Shown: positions 37,351 to 46,769, counted from the stretch's first letter. The stretch is DNA of 58,337 nt from an uncultured Sulfolobales archaeon (GCA_938083005.1 CALKCU010000037.1:1-58337), one strand, 5' to 3'. Notes: generated by a model not told the origin, from the sequence alone. Numbers and translations are program-made.

Positions 37351-37397
37351 GAAAAGCTTATATTGTCGACCCGACGTTTGGATAGGGTGTCCAAACG
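37351..37397 (+). promoter_or_regulatory. BRE/TATA promoter plus palindromic operator upstream of the ABC importer
   Basis: GAAAAG-CTTATAT followed by CGTTTGGATA-GGG-TGTCCAAACG inverted repeat abutting the GTG start. Confidence 0.7.
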
Positions 37398-38591
37398 GTG
37401 ATAACCCCGGGAGGCTCTTCGAGGAGGACCGCGCTCACGGTCGCTATAGCTCTCGCAATGCTCACCGCCGGTGCTGCCCTCGGCGCGCTAGCAGCGGGCG
37501 GTGCGGGCACGGTCAGGACCGTGGTTACCACGGAGAGAGTGGCGGAGACCATCACGGTCCCCGCTATCGAGGAGAGGACGGTAGTCGTCACGGAGAGGGT
37601 GACCATTCCCGTCATCAGGGAGAGAGTAAGCATCATAGACGCTCTCGGAAGGAGGGTGGAGTTCGAGCATCCGCCCAGGAGGGTAGTCTCCCTGGCTCCG
37701 TCTATAACCGAGACCCTGTTCGCTCTCGGCCTCGGAGGGAGAGTGGTCGGCGTTACGAGTCACTGCAACTACCCGCCTGAGGTCCCCGAGCTCGTCAGGG
37801 AGGGGGAGATCGAGATAGTGGGTGGGTTCTGGACGCCGGACCTCGAGAAGATACTCGCTCTCGAACCGGACTTGGTGATAGGCTCCGCCGGCACACCTCC
37901 CCACCTCAGGCTCAGGGAGTCGCTGGAGCACGCCGGGGTGAGGGTGGTCTACGTCCACGGGACCGCCGCGATCGACAAGCACCAGGTGTACGCCGACATG
38001 AGGACCCTTGCTAGGATATTCGGTGCCGATGCGGTAGCCGAGGACCTGATAGCGAGGATCGAGGGCGAGGTGAGCGGAGTAGAGGCCGCCGTCCCGAGGG
38101 AGGGTCGGCCGAAGGTTCTGGTACTCCTGGGTCCGCCCGCCTGGGGCCTCTGGAGCGCGGGGGACAACACCTTCATAGGCTGGGCGCTGAGGACGGCCGG
38201 GGGCGTGAACGTAGCTGAGAGGTTCTCCGGCTGGCCCCTGCTGGACTACGAGTTCGTGCTGTCCCAGGATCCCGACGTCATAATAGTGAGCGCCATGGGT
38301 GCGGACTACACGGCCCTGATAGAGGAGATCCGCTCGACCCCTCTGGCCGAGACCAAAGCGTTTAGGAGCGGTAGAATATACGTAGTCGACCTGGAGGCGA
38401 ACGACGTCTTGGTCAGGCCGGGACCCAGGCTAGGGCTAGCCGTCAGGCTCCTGGCAGCCATACTGTACCCGGAGCTCTTCGGCCCCGTAGACATCCCCGT
38501 GGTCTACAAGATGGGCGAGGGGACCCTGAGCCCGGGCGCTCTCGCCTGGTCCGGAGCGCTAACCCATCGCTACGGCATAGTGGGAACCTGA
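37398..38591 (+). CDS. Fe-siderophore/heme/cobalamin ABC transporter substrate-binding protein
   Basis: N-terminal membrane anchor, Thr/Val-rich linker, PRRVVSLAPSITETLFALG, EKILALEPDLV, RPGPR motifs. Confidence 0.88.
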   Translation: MITPGGSSRRTALTVAIALAMLTAGAALGALAAGGAGTVRTVVTTERVAETITVPAIEERTVVVTERVTIPVIRERVSIIDALGRRVEFEHPPRRVVSLAPSITETLFALGLGGRVVGVTSHCNYPPEVPELVREGEIEIVGGFWTPDLEKILALEPDLVIGSAGTPPHLRLRESLEHAGVRVVYVHGTAAIDKHQVYADMRTLARIFGADAVAEDLIARIEGEVSGVEAAVPREGRPKVLVLLGPPAWGLWSAGDNTFIGWALRTAGGVNVAERFSGWPLLDYEFVLSQDPDVIIVSAMGADYTALIEEIRSTPLAETKAFRSGRIYVVDLEANDVLVRPGPRLGLAVRLLAAILYPELFGPVDIPVVYKMGEGTLSPGALAWSGALTHRYGIVGT

Positions 38592-38601
38592 GGTTGCGAG
38601 G

Positions 38602-39636
38602 ATGGCTTACCGCATCGTAAAAGCTGGCAGGTTCAGGCTTTTCCTCCTAGCCCTGTCCTTGGTGCTCACCCTCGCGGTGCTCACCGCGTTCTCCCTCTCC
38701 GTAGGCTCCTCGATGATCTCGCTGCCGGAGATCCTCTCCTGCGCGATCGTGGGCGAGTGTGACAGAGCGACCCGCCTCGTGCTAGGCCTGAGGCTCACGC
38801 GCACGATGGCCGCGGCCCTCACCGGGGGCGTGCTAGCCGTGGCCGGAGCCCTGATGCAGGGGATATCGAGGAACCCGCTCGCGGACCCCTTCATCCTCGG
38901 GTCGTCGTCAACAGCTCTAGCCGCGCTCTCAGCGGCCCTGCTGCTCGACGTCGGGATCCTCGCGTACCGCCAGCTGACGATCTCGATAGCCTTCGCCGGG
39001 GCTATGCTGGGCTACCTCCTGGCCGTCTCCATCAGTTTGCTAGCTGGGGGGACCGGGCTCTCATTGATACTCTCGGGCGTCGCGGTCTCGGCCCTCTTCT
39101 CTGGCGTATCCCACGCGCTCCTCCACGTGCTGCAGGACAGGCTCAGGACCCCATACGTTTACCTGCTGGTGGGCTCTACCAGCGGGGTTCTCGAGCGAGA
39201 CCCCCCCTACCTAGCGGTACTGCTGGCGCTGTCCCTGGTCGCGCTGCTCGCGCTCGGGATCCCGAAGGCCCTCAACGCGTACCTCTTTGGGGATTCGTAC
39301 GCGGCCCAGCTGGGGTACAGGGTCAAGTTCGTCACCATGGCTTCGGCGTTCGTCGCCTGCCTGCTGACTGGAGCTTCGGTCGCAGTAGTCGGGGTAGTGG
39401 GGTTCGTGGGTCTAGCCGCTCCCCACATCTCCCGGATGCTCCTGGGGACCTCGGACTACAGAGCAGCGCTGATCCTCTCCATGCTCTCCGGCTCTTCGCT
39501 GACTGTGCTCTCGGATACCGTGGCCAGGGCCTTCAGCCTGTTCCTGGCTAGGGGAGAGCTACCCCTGGGCGTCGTAACGAGCATCATCGGGGCCCCCTTC
39601 CTCGCTTATCTCATCGTCACGAGCGGGAGAAGGTGA
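38602..39636 (+). CDS. FecCD/BtuC-family ABC permease
   Basis: RNPLADPFILG, GFVGLAAPHI, ELPLGVVTSIIGAPF motifs. Confidence 0.92.
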   Translation: MAYRIVKAGRFRLFLLALSLVLTLAVLTAFSLSVGSSMISLPEILSCAIVGECDRATRLVLGLRLTRTMAAALTGGVLAVAGALMQGISRNPLADPFILGSSSTALAALSAALLLDVGILAYRQLTISIAFAGAMLGYLLAVSISLLAGGTGLSLILSGVAVSALFSGVSHALLHVLQDRLRTPYVYLLVGSTSGVLERDPPYLAVLLALSLVALLALGIPKALNAYLFGDSYAAQLGYRVKFVTMASAFVACLLTGASVAVVGVVGFVGLAAPHISRMLLGTSDYRAALILSMLSGSSLTVLSDTVARAFSLFLARGELPLGVVTSIIGAPFLAYLIVTSGRR

Positions 39637-39795
39637 GAGCTGGTGAAGCGGTGGGGTAGGTGGGTGAGCTTTGGCTGCGGCGGGGGGAGGATGCCGGCGG
39701 TGCGGATCACGCAGCGCAGCTCGGCTGGTGCCCGCGAGGAGCCTCCCCTACTCCGGGAAGGTGCTAGCGATCCCCCGCGGACTCGCGCGAGACCG

Positions 39796-40605
39796 GTGAC
39801 CGAGGGGGAGCGGAGAGCGTCCGTGAAGCTCGAGGCCGCGCGCTACAGCTACGACACCGTTAGAGCAGTCGACGGAGTGACCCTCGAGATCGAGGGTGGG
39901 AGGATCGTGTGCCTGGTAGGACCGAACGGGTCGGGCAAGACCACGCTCCTAAAGCTCATAGCGTCTCTCATCAGACCGTCGAGCGGGCTCGTGTACATCG
40001 ACGGTAAGGACGCTAGGCTCTACAGCCCCAGCGAAATCGCTAGGACCGTCTCCTTCTCCGACCCCCACCTCCCGAGGACCCTCCCGATGCGCGTCGTAGA
40101 CTTCATACTCACTTCCAGGTACCCGTTCCAGAGGACCCTCCAGTACTTCGAGAGCGAGGACGACCTGAGGGCGGTGGACTCCGTAATCGAGGAGCTCGGG
40201 ATAGCACACCTGCTGGAGAGGAGGCTGGACCAGCTCAGCAGCGGCGAGCTGCAGAGGGTAGTGATAGCCGCAGCGCTCGCCAAGAGGCCCAGGGTCCTGC
40301 TCCTCGACGAGCCCTCAGCGTTTCTCGACGTGCGCAGCCGCTTCGAGATAATGGACGTAGTAAGGAGGTATACGAGGGAGCGGAGAGCCGCCACCGTCGT
40401 GGCTCTCCACGACCTCTACATGGCGTCCCTCTACTGCGACTCTATAGCCCTCTTGAGTAGGGGCAGAATAGCGGCCCTCGGAGCACCGGCCGAGGTGTTC
40501 TCTTCGAGGGTGGTGGAGGAAGTCTATGGAGTGGGGGTTAAGACCGTCCGAGTGGACGGCACGTCCCTCGTCGCAATACCCCTTCCCCCGCGCTCGGGAA
40601 ACTAG
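39796..40605 (+). CDS. Fe/cobalamin ABC transporter ATP-binding protein
   Basis: GPNGSGKTT, LSSGE, LLLDEP, LHD motifs; ORF is open from 39643, start uncertain. Confidence 0.9.
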   Translation: MTEGERRASVKLEAARYSYDTVRAVDGVTLEIEGGRIVCLVGPNGSGKTTLLKLIASLIRPSSGLVYIDGKDARLYSPSEIARTVSFSDPHLPRTLPMRVVDFILTSRYPFQRTLQYFESEDDLRAVDSVIEELGIAHLLERRLDQLSSGELQRVVIAAALAKRPRVLLLDEPSAFLDVRSRFEIMDVVRRYTRERRAATVVALHDLYMASLYCDSIALLSRGRIAALGAPAEVFSSRVVEEVYGVGVKTVRVDGTSLVAIPLPPRSGN

Positions 40606-40709
40606 CAAGCCTCCCCGGAGCGCGAGGACCTTCCCCAGGCCCTCCCGGGATGCTCCCAGCCGACCCGGTAGCTTTTAATGACGTGGGTGCTTAGCATTCT
40701 GGGCCGCGT

Positions 40710-41462
40710 ATGGGAGTGTACGTGAGGCTGGGGAAGGGCTCCCTAAAGGATAAGGTGCTCGTGGTGGGGCTGCCGGGCATGGGTAGAGTGGGTTATACTA
40801 CCGCCAACTACTTAGTAGAGAAGCTCGACGGCGTCCTCATAGGGGAGGTTTATTCTACTCACTTCCCGTCCCTGCTTGAGGTGAACGGTGAGGGGCTCGG
40901 TGCTCTCTACACGGGCAGGATATACGACGTCGGGAAAGCCGTGGTCTTCACTGCCGACGTCCAACCTCAGAGTCACGAGGGTCAGAATCTTCTGTGCAAG
41001 AAGCTCATCGAGGCCTTGGCTAAGAGGGGCATAAGGTTCGTGGTAGCCGCGGCCGCCTACGTAGTGCCCAGCGTGGACCTAATGAGGAGGGTCTACGTGG
41101 TCGGGACAGACTCGGAAGCTGTAGAGGCTTTCACCTCGATCGGGGCTCTGAGGCTCCGGGGCGGTACGATAAGTGGGATGAACGGTGTGATAATCGGCTG
41201 GGGCAAGTACTTCGGGATCCCCGGAGCAGTTCTCCTCGGAGAGACGTGGGCGCCCCTAGTCGAAGCGAACGAGGCCGACTTTAGGGCAGCCAAACACGTA
41301 ATCCAGGTCCTAGCTAGGTTCCTGGGCGTCGAGATAGAGCTCGAGGAGCTGGACGCCTACGCGACGCACGTGGAGCAGAGAGTGGCCGCCGTCATAGCTA
41401 AGATTATCGGACGCAGGGAAGAGGAGGAGAGACCGAAGTACACGGATCGCGAGGTAATGTAG
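40710..41462 (+). CDS. PAC2-family proteasome assembly chaperone
   Basis: VGLPGMGRVG, ISGMNG and LLGET motifs. Confidence 0.8.
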   Translation: MGVYVRLGKGSLKDKVLVVGLPGMGRVGYTTANYLVEKLDGVLIGEVYSTHFPSLLEVNGEGLGALYTGRIYDVGKAVVFTADVQPQSHEGQNLLCKKLIEALAKRGIRFVVAAAAYVVPSVDLMRRVYVVGTDSEAVEAFTSIGALRLRGGTISGMNGVIIGWGKYFGIPGAVLLGETWAPLVEANEADFRAAKHVIQVLARFLGVEIELEELDAYATHVEQRVAAVIAKIIGRREEEERPKYTDREVM

Positions 41463-41471
41463 GGAGAGGGC

Positions 41472-42113
41472 TTGGCGATAAGGCTAGTGGTCTTCGACCT
41501 AGACGGGACCCTCATCGACAGCGTCCGAGCGCACGCTGAGGGCTGGGCTTTCGCTGTCAAGAGCCTCGGACTAGCCGACGTAGACGCGGGCGAGGTCGCC
41601 GACCTGATAGGCCTCCCGGGGGATGTCATAGTCGGGAGGATCGCGGGGGAGGAGGGGCTCAGATACTACGCGAGCATCAGGAGGCTAAAGGACAAGCACT
41701 TCCTCTCGCAGGTGGTCAACGGCGGAGTGAGGCCCTTCCCGGACGCGATACCCTGCCTAAGCTACCTGAAGGGACGCGGCTACCTCCTGGGTCTAGCGTC
41801 GTCGACCCCCAACTACATGCTAATACCCGTCCTGGAGAGGCTAGGTCTCCTCGACTTCTTCGACTACACCGTTGGCGGAGACGAAGTACTAAGGGGCAAG
41901 CCCGACCCGGACATATTCGTTAGGGTGGCGGAGAAGGCCCGCGTGGGCCTTCGGGAGGTAGCAGTCGTGGGTGACACGGAGTACGACACTGTCCCGGCTA
42001 GGAGTGTCGGGATGCTCTCCGTTCTCGTCGCCAGGGGGAGGAGAGTCAGAGCCCGCGGTCTCGTAGCTGACGTGGTCGTCAGTAGCCTCGCGGACCTACG
42101 CTTCCTGCTGTAG
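41472..42113 (+). CDS. HAD-superfamily phosphatase
   Basis: FDLDGTL, KPDP, VGDTEYD motifs. Confidence 0.88.
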   Translation: MAIRLVVFDLDGTLIDSVRAHAEGWAFAVKSLGLADVDAGEVADLIGLPGDVIVGRIAGEEGLRYYASIRRLKDKHFLSQVVNGGVRPFPDAIPCLSYLKGRGYLLGLASSTPNYMLIPVLERLGLLDFFDYTVGGDEVLRGKPDPDIFVRVAEKARVGLREVAVVGDTEYDTVPARSVGMLSVLVARGRRVRARGLVADVVVSSLADLRFLL

Positions 42114-42122
42114 GGGGGTCGC

Positions 42123-43331
42123 ATGTCGAGGGAGGTCCCCTTAGTGCTCATGGCTTCCCTGGTCGCCGCCGAGCTGCTCATCTACTGGCTCTCCAGAACT
42201 TCCCGGAGCTTCGGGGAGAGACTATCCAGGCTCGGGCTGAGCTCCCAGCCCGGCGTCCTGCTTTTCGACGTGGGCGGGAGGGTAAGCCCCAGGGTCGCTG
42301 GCAAGCCCGCGAAGTACCTCCTCCTGGTACTCTCGATCGGAAGCCTCGCCTTCTCTGCCTACCTCTTCTACAGCATCCTGCTTGGCTATATGGCGGAGCT
42401 GCTCTCCTCCCTTATTAGGGGCACCGAGGCCCCCCAGTCCCCCCTCGTACCCGTGGTCCCCGGTATAACCCTGGGGCTCGACATTCTTCCGCCTCTCCTC
42501 GTAGCCGTGGGCGTGGGACTAGTGGTCCACGAGCTGTCCCACATGCTCGTAGCGGTGGTGAACGGGGTCCCCGTGGAGAGCTGGGGCGTGGGCGTAGCGC
42601 TGATATTTCCGGTCGCTTACGTGAGAACGAGCGAGGAGGCCTTCGCCGGCTCCGGGCTCTCGGTCAAGGCGTCGGTGCTGGGCGCCGGGGTCGCGGCTAA
42701 CCTGGTCCTGGGGCTTCTGTCACTAGCCTTAGTGGGAGCGGTGTCCCAGCCCCTGCTGACGTACCTAGAGGGGCCGCACGTTCTGGTAGCGGGAGTGGAG
42801 CAGGACATGCCAGCCGGCCGCTCCGGTCTGAAGTGGCCGGCCCTGCTCGAGCAGATCAACGGCACCGCGATAGACTCTCTGGAAAGACTCAGGAGCGTCC
42901 TGAGCACCGGCTTGGAGGGGACCGCGGTCTTCGTGTTCAGGGTGAGGCCCCTGGTCAGGGTCGGGTTCTGCGGCTACTACACATCCTCTGACGAGGTTGA
43001 GGAGTACTTAGTGGTCAGGACCGAGGAGGACGTGAGGAGGTACGGCCACAGAGTCGGGATAGCCGTCGCGCCCGCAGCCTTCGTCTTCTCGAGCAAGACC
43101 CCCCGGTACCTGCTGTACGCCGACTGCCAGCTCCGGCTACTCTACATAGTAAACGTCTCCCTGGCCGTGGTGAACTCGGCCCCCCTGCTGGTGACGGACG
43201 GTGGCAGGCTCCTCTCGGAGCTGCTCAGGAGGGTCCGAGCGCAGAGGCTCGACAGAGCGGTTCAGTGGGCCACGCTAGCGCTGACGGCGCTCGTGGTAGG
43301 AATAGGGTTCGCGCAGTCCCTCCTGAGATAG
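42123..43331 (+). CDS. Site-2 protease (M50 intramembrane metalloprotease)
   Basis: HELSH zinc motif in a TM segment, AGVAAN, PDZ-like insert, NSAPLLVTDGG. Confidence 0.85.
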   Translation: MSREVPLVLMASLVAAELLIYWLSRTSRSFGERLSRLGLSSQPGVLLFDVGGRVSPRVAGKPAKYLLLVLSIGSLAFSAYLFYSILLGYMAELLSSLIRGTEAPQSPLVPVVPGITLGLDILPPLLVAVGVGLVVHELSHMLVAVVNGVPVESWGVGVALIFPVAYVRTSEEAFAGSGLSVKASVLGAGVAANLVLGLLSLALVGAVSQPLLTYLEGPHVLVAGVEQDMPAGRSGLKWPALLEQINGTAIDSLERLRSVLSTGLEGTAVFVFRVRPLVRVGFCGYYTSSDEVEEYLVVRTEEDVRRYGHRVGIAVAPAAFVFSSKTPRYLLYADCQLRLLYIVNVSLAVVNSAPLLVTDGGRLLSELLRRVRAQRLDRAVQWATLALTALVVGIGFAQSLLR

Positions 43332-43335
43332 GACG

Positions 43336-44127
43336 CTAACCGCGCTCCCTCAATCTGTAGTAGACTTTGCCCTCCTTCTTCACCTGCTCCACGTACCCCG
43401 CGGATACCAGCCTCTTTATCCTCCTATAGAAGGTCGCCTTGGACATGTCGGTGGCCGATATCAGCTCCTGAGGGGTCTTCGGACCAGACTTCAGGGCCTC
43501 AATTATGGCCCTGTCCCTCTCGTCCATCGCCTCGAGTTCTCTAGCTCTCCTCCACCTGGAGAACAGAGCGTACCCCATCGCTGCCGCTCCAGCGATGACC
43601 CCCGCCGCGACGCTCGCCCAGACCCAGCCAGCCACCCTGGCGCCCTCCGTCCGGACCTCCACCAGAGCGTAGGACAGCCTCGCGCGGCCCTCGGGGAACT
43701 CGAGCTCGTAGTAGTCCCCAACCCTCCGAAAGCGGGTTAGGTTGGAGACCTCTAGGATCACGGCGTTGAGCGGCAGGTAGACCAGGAGGACCCTGTAAGG
43801 GTTGTAGAGAGACGCGGTATAGACCCCTCCCTCCTGCTCGAAGAGCTCGGTGAGGTACGTCACGGTGACGTTGAGAGGCGGGTCGGGGACCAGGACCTCT
43901 ATGCGGTCCCCCAGGTGGCTGACGTATGCCCCCCTGGAGACGTTCACTACGGCCAGGACGCTGCCCAGCGCCGGGAGCTCGGCGTACTCGGAGGTCGCGT
44001 AGAAGCTCACCGAGACTACAGCTAGGGAGCCCTGGACGTAGCACGCCGCGACGATCGGTCCGCCGGAGATCGGGGTCGGTAAGGTGGAGAGCAGGGCGAG
44101 CGCCGAGAGCAGGGCCAAAGCCTTCAA
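43336..44127 (-). CDS. Membrane-anchored winged-helix transcriptional regulator
   Basis: Signal peptide-like N-terminus, beta-rich ectodomain, one TM helix, C-terminal wHTH (SKATFYRRIKRL..GYV); TTG 44127 below a TTTTTTTATAT box. Confidence 0.75.
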   Translation of the reverse strand: MKALALLSALALLSTLPTPISGGPIVAACYVQGSLAVVSVSFYATSEYAELPALGSVLAVVNVSRGAYVSHLGDRIEVLVPDPPLNVTVTYLTELFEQEGGVYTASLYNPYRVLLVYLPLNAVILEVSNLTRFRRVGDYYELEFPEGRARLSYALVEVRTEGARVAGWVWASVAAGVIAGAAAMGYALFSRWRRARELEAMDERDRAIIEALKSGPKTPQELISATDMSKATFYRRIKRLVSAGYVEQVKKEGKVYYRLRERG

Positions 44128-44204
44128 GCAGGTCCCGAAGCCTCTGCCCGGGCTCGATATAAAAAAAGTTACTTGGTTGGGCTGAGCGCGGGGCTCCGAG
44201 AGCC

Positions 44205-44552
44205 TTAGCATATCTTCGAGCCGGGCTCCGCGGGCTCCGACACCGTCACCAGGACTGGCTTAGACCCCTCCTCACACGTCGCCAGTATCATCCCTCGCGA
44301 CGTGTAGCCCATGATCCTCCTCGGCTTTAGGTTCGCCACCACGACGACGTACTTGCCCACGAGCTCCTCGGGCTTGTACCACTCGGCTATCCCGGCTACG
44401 ACCTCCCTCTCCCCTCCCATCGCTCCCAGGTCGACCGTCAGCCTCAGTAGCTTCTTGGAGCCGGGGATCCTCTCGGCCCTCCTGACCACGCCGACCCTCA
44501 TGTCGATCTTCGAGAACTCCTCGAACGTTACCTCCGAGCTGCTCCCGCTCAC
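44205..44552 (-). CDS. tRNA-binding OB-fold protein (Trbp111/CsaA/MetRS C-terminal-like)
   Basis: FEEFSKIDMRVG, KLLRLTVDLG, VVANLKPR..G..SRGMILA motifs. Confidence 0.88.
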   Translation of the reverse strand: MSGSSSEVTFEEFSKIDMRVGVVRRAERIPGSKKLLRLTVDLGAMGGEREVVAGIAEWYKPEELVGKYVVVVANLKPRRIMGYTSRGMILATCEEGSKPVLVTVSEPAEPGSKIC

Positions 44553-45658
44553 TTGACGACCCTCCTGGATATGGAGAGGACCCATTCCGACGTCGTCTTG
44601 GACGAGAACAGAGCTGTCAGCTTGGAGGCGTTGACGAGGTCGACGAGGTGCACTACCTCGACGGGGGAGTGTATGTACCTGGACGGTATCGATACGGTCG
44701 CCGCCGGGACCCCCTCCTTGTTCAGGGCGATTATGGAAGCGTCGGTGGTGCCCCCCGGCGCTACCTCGACCTGGTGCGGTATACCGTACTGCCTGGCTAT
44801 CTCTATCAGCTTATCCCTGACGGCCGGGTGAGCGATGAGCCCGCTCGCGGCCCTACCGTCGACAACCTTGATGGCGGGCCCCTTCCCGAGCTGGGTTATC
44901 CACTCCTGCTCGGGAACGCCGGCCACGTCGCTCGCTATCGTGACGTCCAGAGCCACCGCTACGTCCGGGGTTATGGCGTACGCCGCCACCCTGGCGCCCT
45001 TGAGGCCCACCTCCTCCTGGACTGTGGCGACGGCGTAGACGTCCACCTCGTTCCCCTCGATCGCTTTAAAGCCCTCTACGAGCGCCACGACTCCGACCCT
45101 ATCGTCCAGGGCCTTCCCGGTCACTACGTCCGATCCGCCGAGGACTGCGAGGTCCCTCTCGAACACCGCTATGGACCCGACGGTCACTCCGAGCTTCTCC
45201 GCCTCCTCTCTGCTCGAGACGCCTATGTCGATGTACATGTCCTTAATCTCCGGGACCTGCTTTAGCTCCTCCGGCTTCATTATGTGCGGAGGCTTGCTCC
45301 CTATAACCCCCCTGACTACACCTCCCTCGCGCGTCTTGATCAGCACTCTCTGTCCCAGCAGGACCCTCTCGGACACTCCACCGATGGGCTGGAACCTTAC
45401 GAACCCCCTCTGGTCTATGTGGCTTACGATCAGCCCTATCTCGTCCATGTGGCCAGCTAGCATGAGCTTTCCGGCCCCCCTGGAGCCCCTCTTGACGGCT
45501 ATCACGTTTCCGAGGGTGTCGACCCAGAGGGAGTCCGCGTAGGGCTTCAGCTCCTCGACTACCGCGTCCCGGACCGAGTCCTCGAAGCCCGAGGGGCCCG
45601 CGGTCTCCGAGAGCCTTTTGAGCAGCTGGAGGACCCCCTCCCTCGTTATCTCGTACAT
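44549..45658 (-). CDS. M42-family (TET) aminopeptidase
   Basis: GPSGFE, GHMDEIG, KALDDR, QEEVG, GGTTDA, RYIHSP motifs. Confidence 0.93.
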   Translation of the reverse strand: MYEITREGVLQLLKRLSETAGPSGFEDSVRDAVVEELKPYADSLWVDTLGNVIAVKRGSRGAGKLMLAGHMDEIGLIVSHIDQRGFVRFQPIGGVSERVLLGQRVLIKTREGGVVRGVIGSKPPHIMKPEELKQVPEIKDMYIDIGVSSREEAEKLGVTVGSIAVFERDLAVLGGSDVVTGKALDDRVGVVALVEGFKAIEGNEVDVYAVATVQEEVGLKGARVAAYAITPDVAVALDVTIASDVAGVPEQEWITQLGKGPAIKVVDGRAASGLIAHPAVRDKLIEIARQYGIPHQVEVAPGGTTDASIIALNKEGVPAATVSIPSRYIHSPVEVVHLVDLVNASKLTALFSSKTTSEWVLSISRRVVK

Positions 45659-45725
45659 GGCTTGACCCCGCTAGCTAGACCGTCCTTGGATTAAAAGGTC
45701 GCCGCCAGCTAAGCTGGGAGGAGCT

Positions 45726-46595
45726 CTGCGCGGAGACATCGAGGTAGTCCCGATAGCCTTCGACAGCACCGGGGTCAGGTCCATGGCGACCCTGATAGTG
45801 ACCCGCGACGCCAGGATATTCGTCGACCCCTCCGCCGCTCTAGCCCCTGTCAGGTACGGTCTGCCCCCCCACCGGCTGGAACTGGATGCCCTAGAGGACT
45901 CCATCCATAGGGTAGAGTCCGAGCTGAAGGACGCGGACATCGTGGTGGTTACGCACTATCACTACGACCACCACGACCCGGGGTTCAAGATCCCCGCGGA
46001 GAGGTACTCGTCGAAGCTGGTACTGGTCAAGGACCCCCTGAGGAACATCAACGTCTCTCAGAGGATCAGGGCCTCGAGGTTCCTGAGAGTGCTGAGGGCC
46101 GCCGGAGCCAGAGTCCAGGTTGCTGATGGCCAGAAAGTCCGGGTCGGGAGAACCGAAGTGACCTTCTCCGTGCCGATCCCCCACGGCAACACCACCAAGC
46201 TCGGGTACGTCCTCATGCTCAGGGTCGAGGAGGGGGGAGACTCTGTCGGCTACTCTTCGGACGTCGAGGGGCCGCTGGACGGCCGCGTCGTCGACTTCTT
46301 GTGCGGCTCTAGGATAACCATAGTCGACGGCCCCCCCACGTACCTGGTCGGGAGGGCATACACTCGAGAGGACGTGGACAGAGCCGTCGATAACCTAGCG
46401 AGGCTGTCGAGGTGCGTCGAGGTCCTCGTGGTGGATCACCACCTGATGAGGGACCTGAACTACCCAGCTCTCTTCGTGAGGGTATCGGAGCTCTCCGGGA
46501 GGCAGCCGATCTCGGCAGCCGAGCTCCTGGGTCGGCAGCCGAGTCTGCTCGAGGCCAGGCGAAGGGAGCTCTACGGAGTCCTCGAGGAGGAGTAG
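45726..46595 (+). CDS. UPF0282-family metallo-beta-lactamase-fold protein
   Basis: PIAFDSTGVRSMAT (partly upstream of ATG 45783), THYHYDH, SDVEGP, DGPPTY, DHHLMRD motifs; CTG 45726 start inferred. Confidence 0.85.
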   Translation: MRGDIEVVPIAFDSTGVRSMATLIVTRDARIFVDPSAALAPVRYGLPPHRLELDALEDSIHRVESELKDADIVVVTHYHYDHHDPGFKIPAERYSSKLVLVKDPLRNINVSQRIRASRFLRVLRAAGARVQVADGQKVRVGRTEVTFSVPIPHGNTTKLGYVLMLRVEEGGDSVGYSSDVEGPLDGRVVDFLCGSRITIVDGPPTYLVGRAYTREDVDRAVDNLARLSRCVEVLVVDHHLMRDLNYPALFVRVSELSGRQPISAAELLGRQPSLLEARRRELYGVLEEE

Positions 46596-46620
46596 AGGGT
46601 CGCGGGATTCTGGTCGGTGC

Positions 46621-46678
46621 CGGGAGTCAGAAACACGAGCCCACATCAGCTCTCAGACGGCAGTTTGTCTTCATCCCG
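46621..46678 (-). ncRNA. Box C/D 2'-O-methylation guide sRNA
   Basis: Minus strand: CGGG AUGAAGA (C) CAAACUGCCGU CUGA (D') GAGC UGAUGU (C') GGGCUCGUGUUU CUGA (D) CUCCCG; intergenic, complementary ends, TTAATA ~21-26 nt upstream. Confidence 0.88.
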
Positions 46679-46769
46679 AGAGTCTGTTTCTTCAGAGCTA
46701 TTAACCGCGCAGGGCGCTCGGCGCTCTCCGAGGTACTTCGCGATAAGGAAGCTCGGGGAGCGCGAAGCC

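Noticed and set aside
37510-37630. Repeated (T/V)TERV..TI.VP units in the ABC binding protein
   Set aside because: Ordinary Thr/Val-rich linker of archaeal membrane-anchored binding proteins, not a DNA repeat element.
41451-41474. PAC2 TAG stop in frame with the downstream HAD gene; possible readthrough fusion or lost HbYX tail
   Set aside because: In-frame neighbours occur one time in three, the HAD gene has its own purine-rich SD and TTG start, and no recoding signal is visible.
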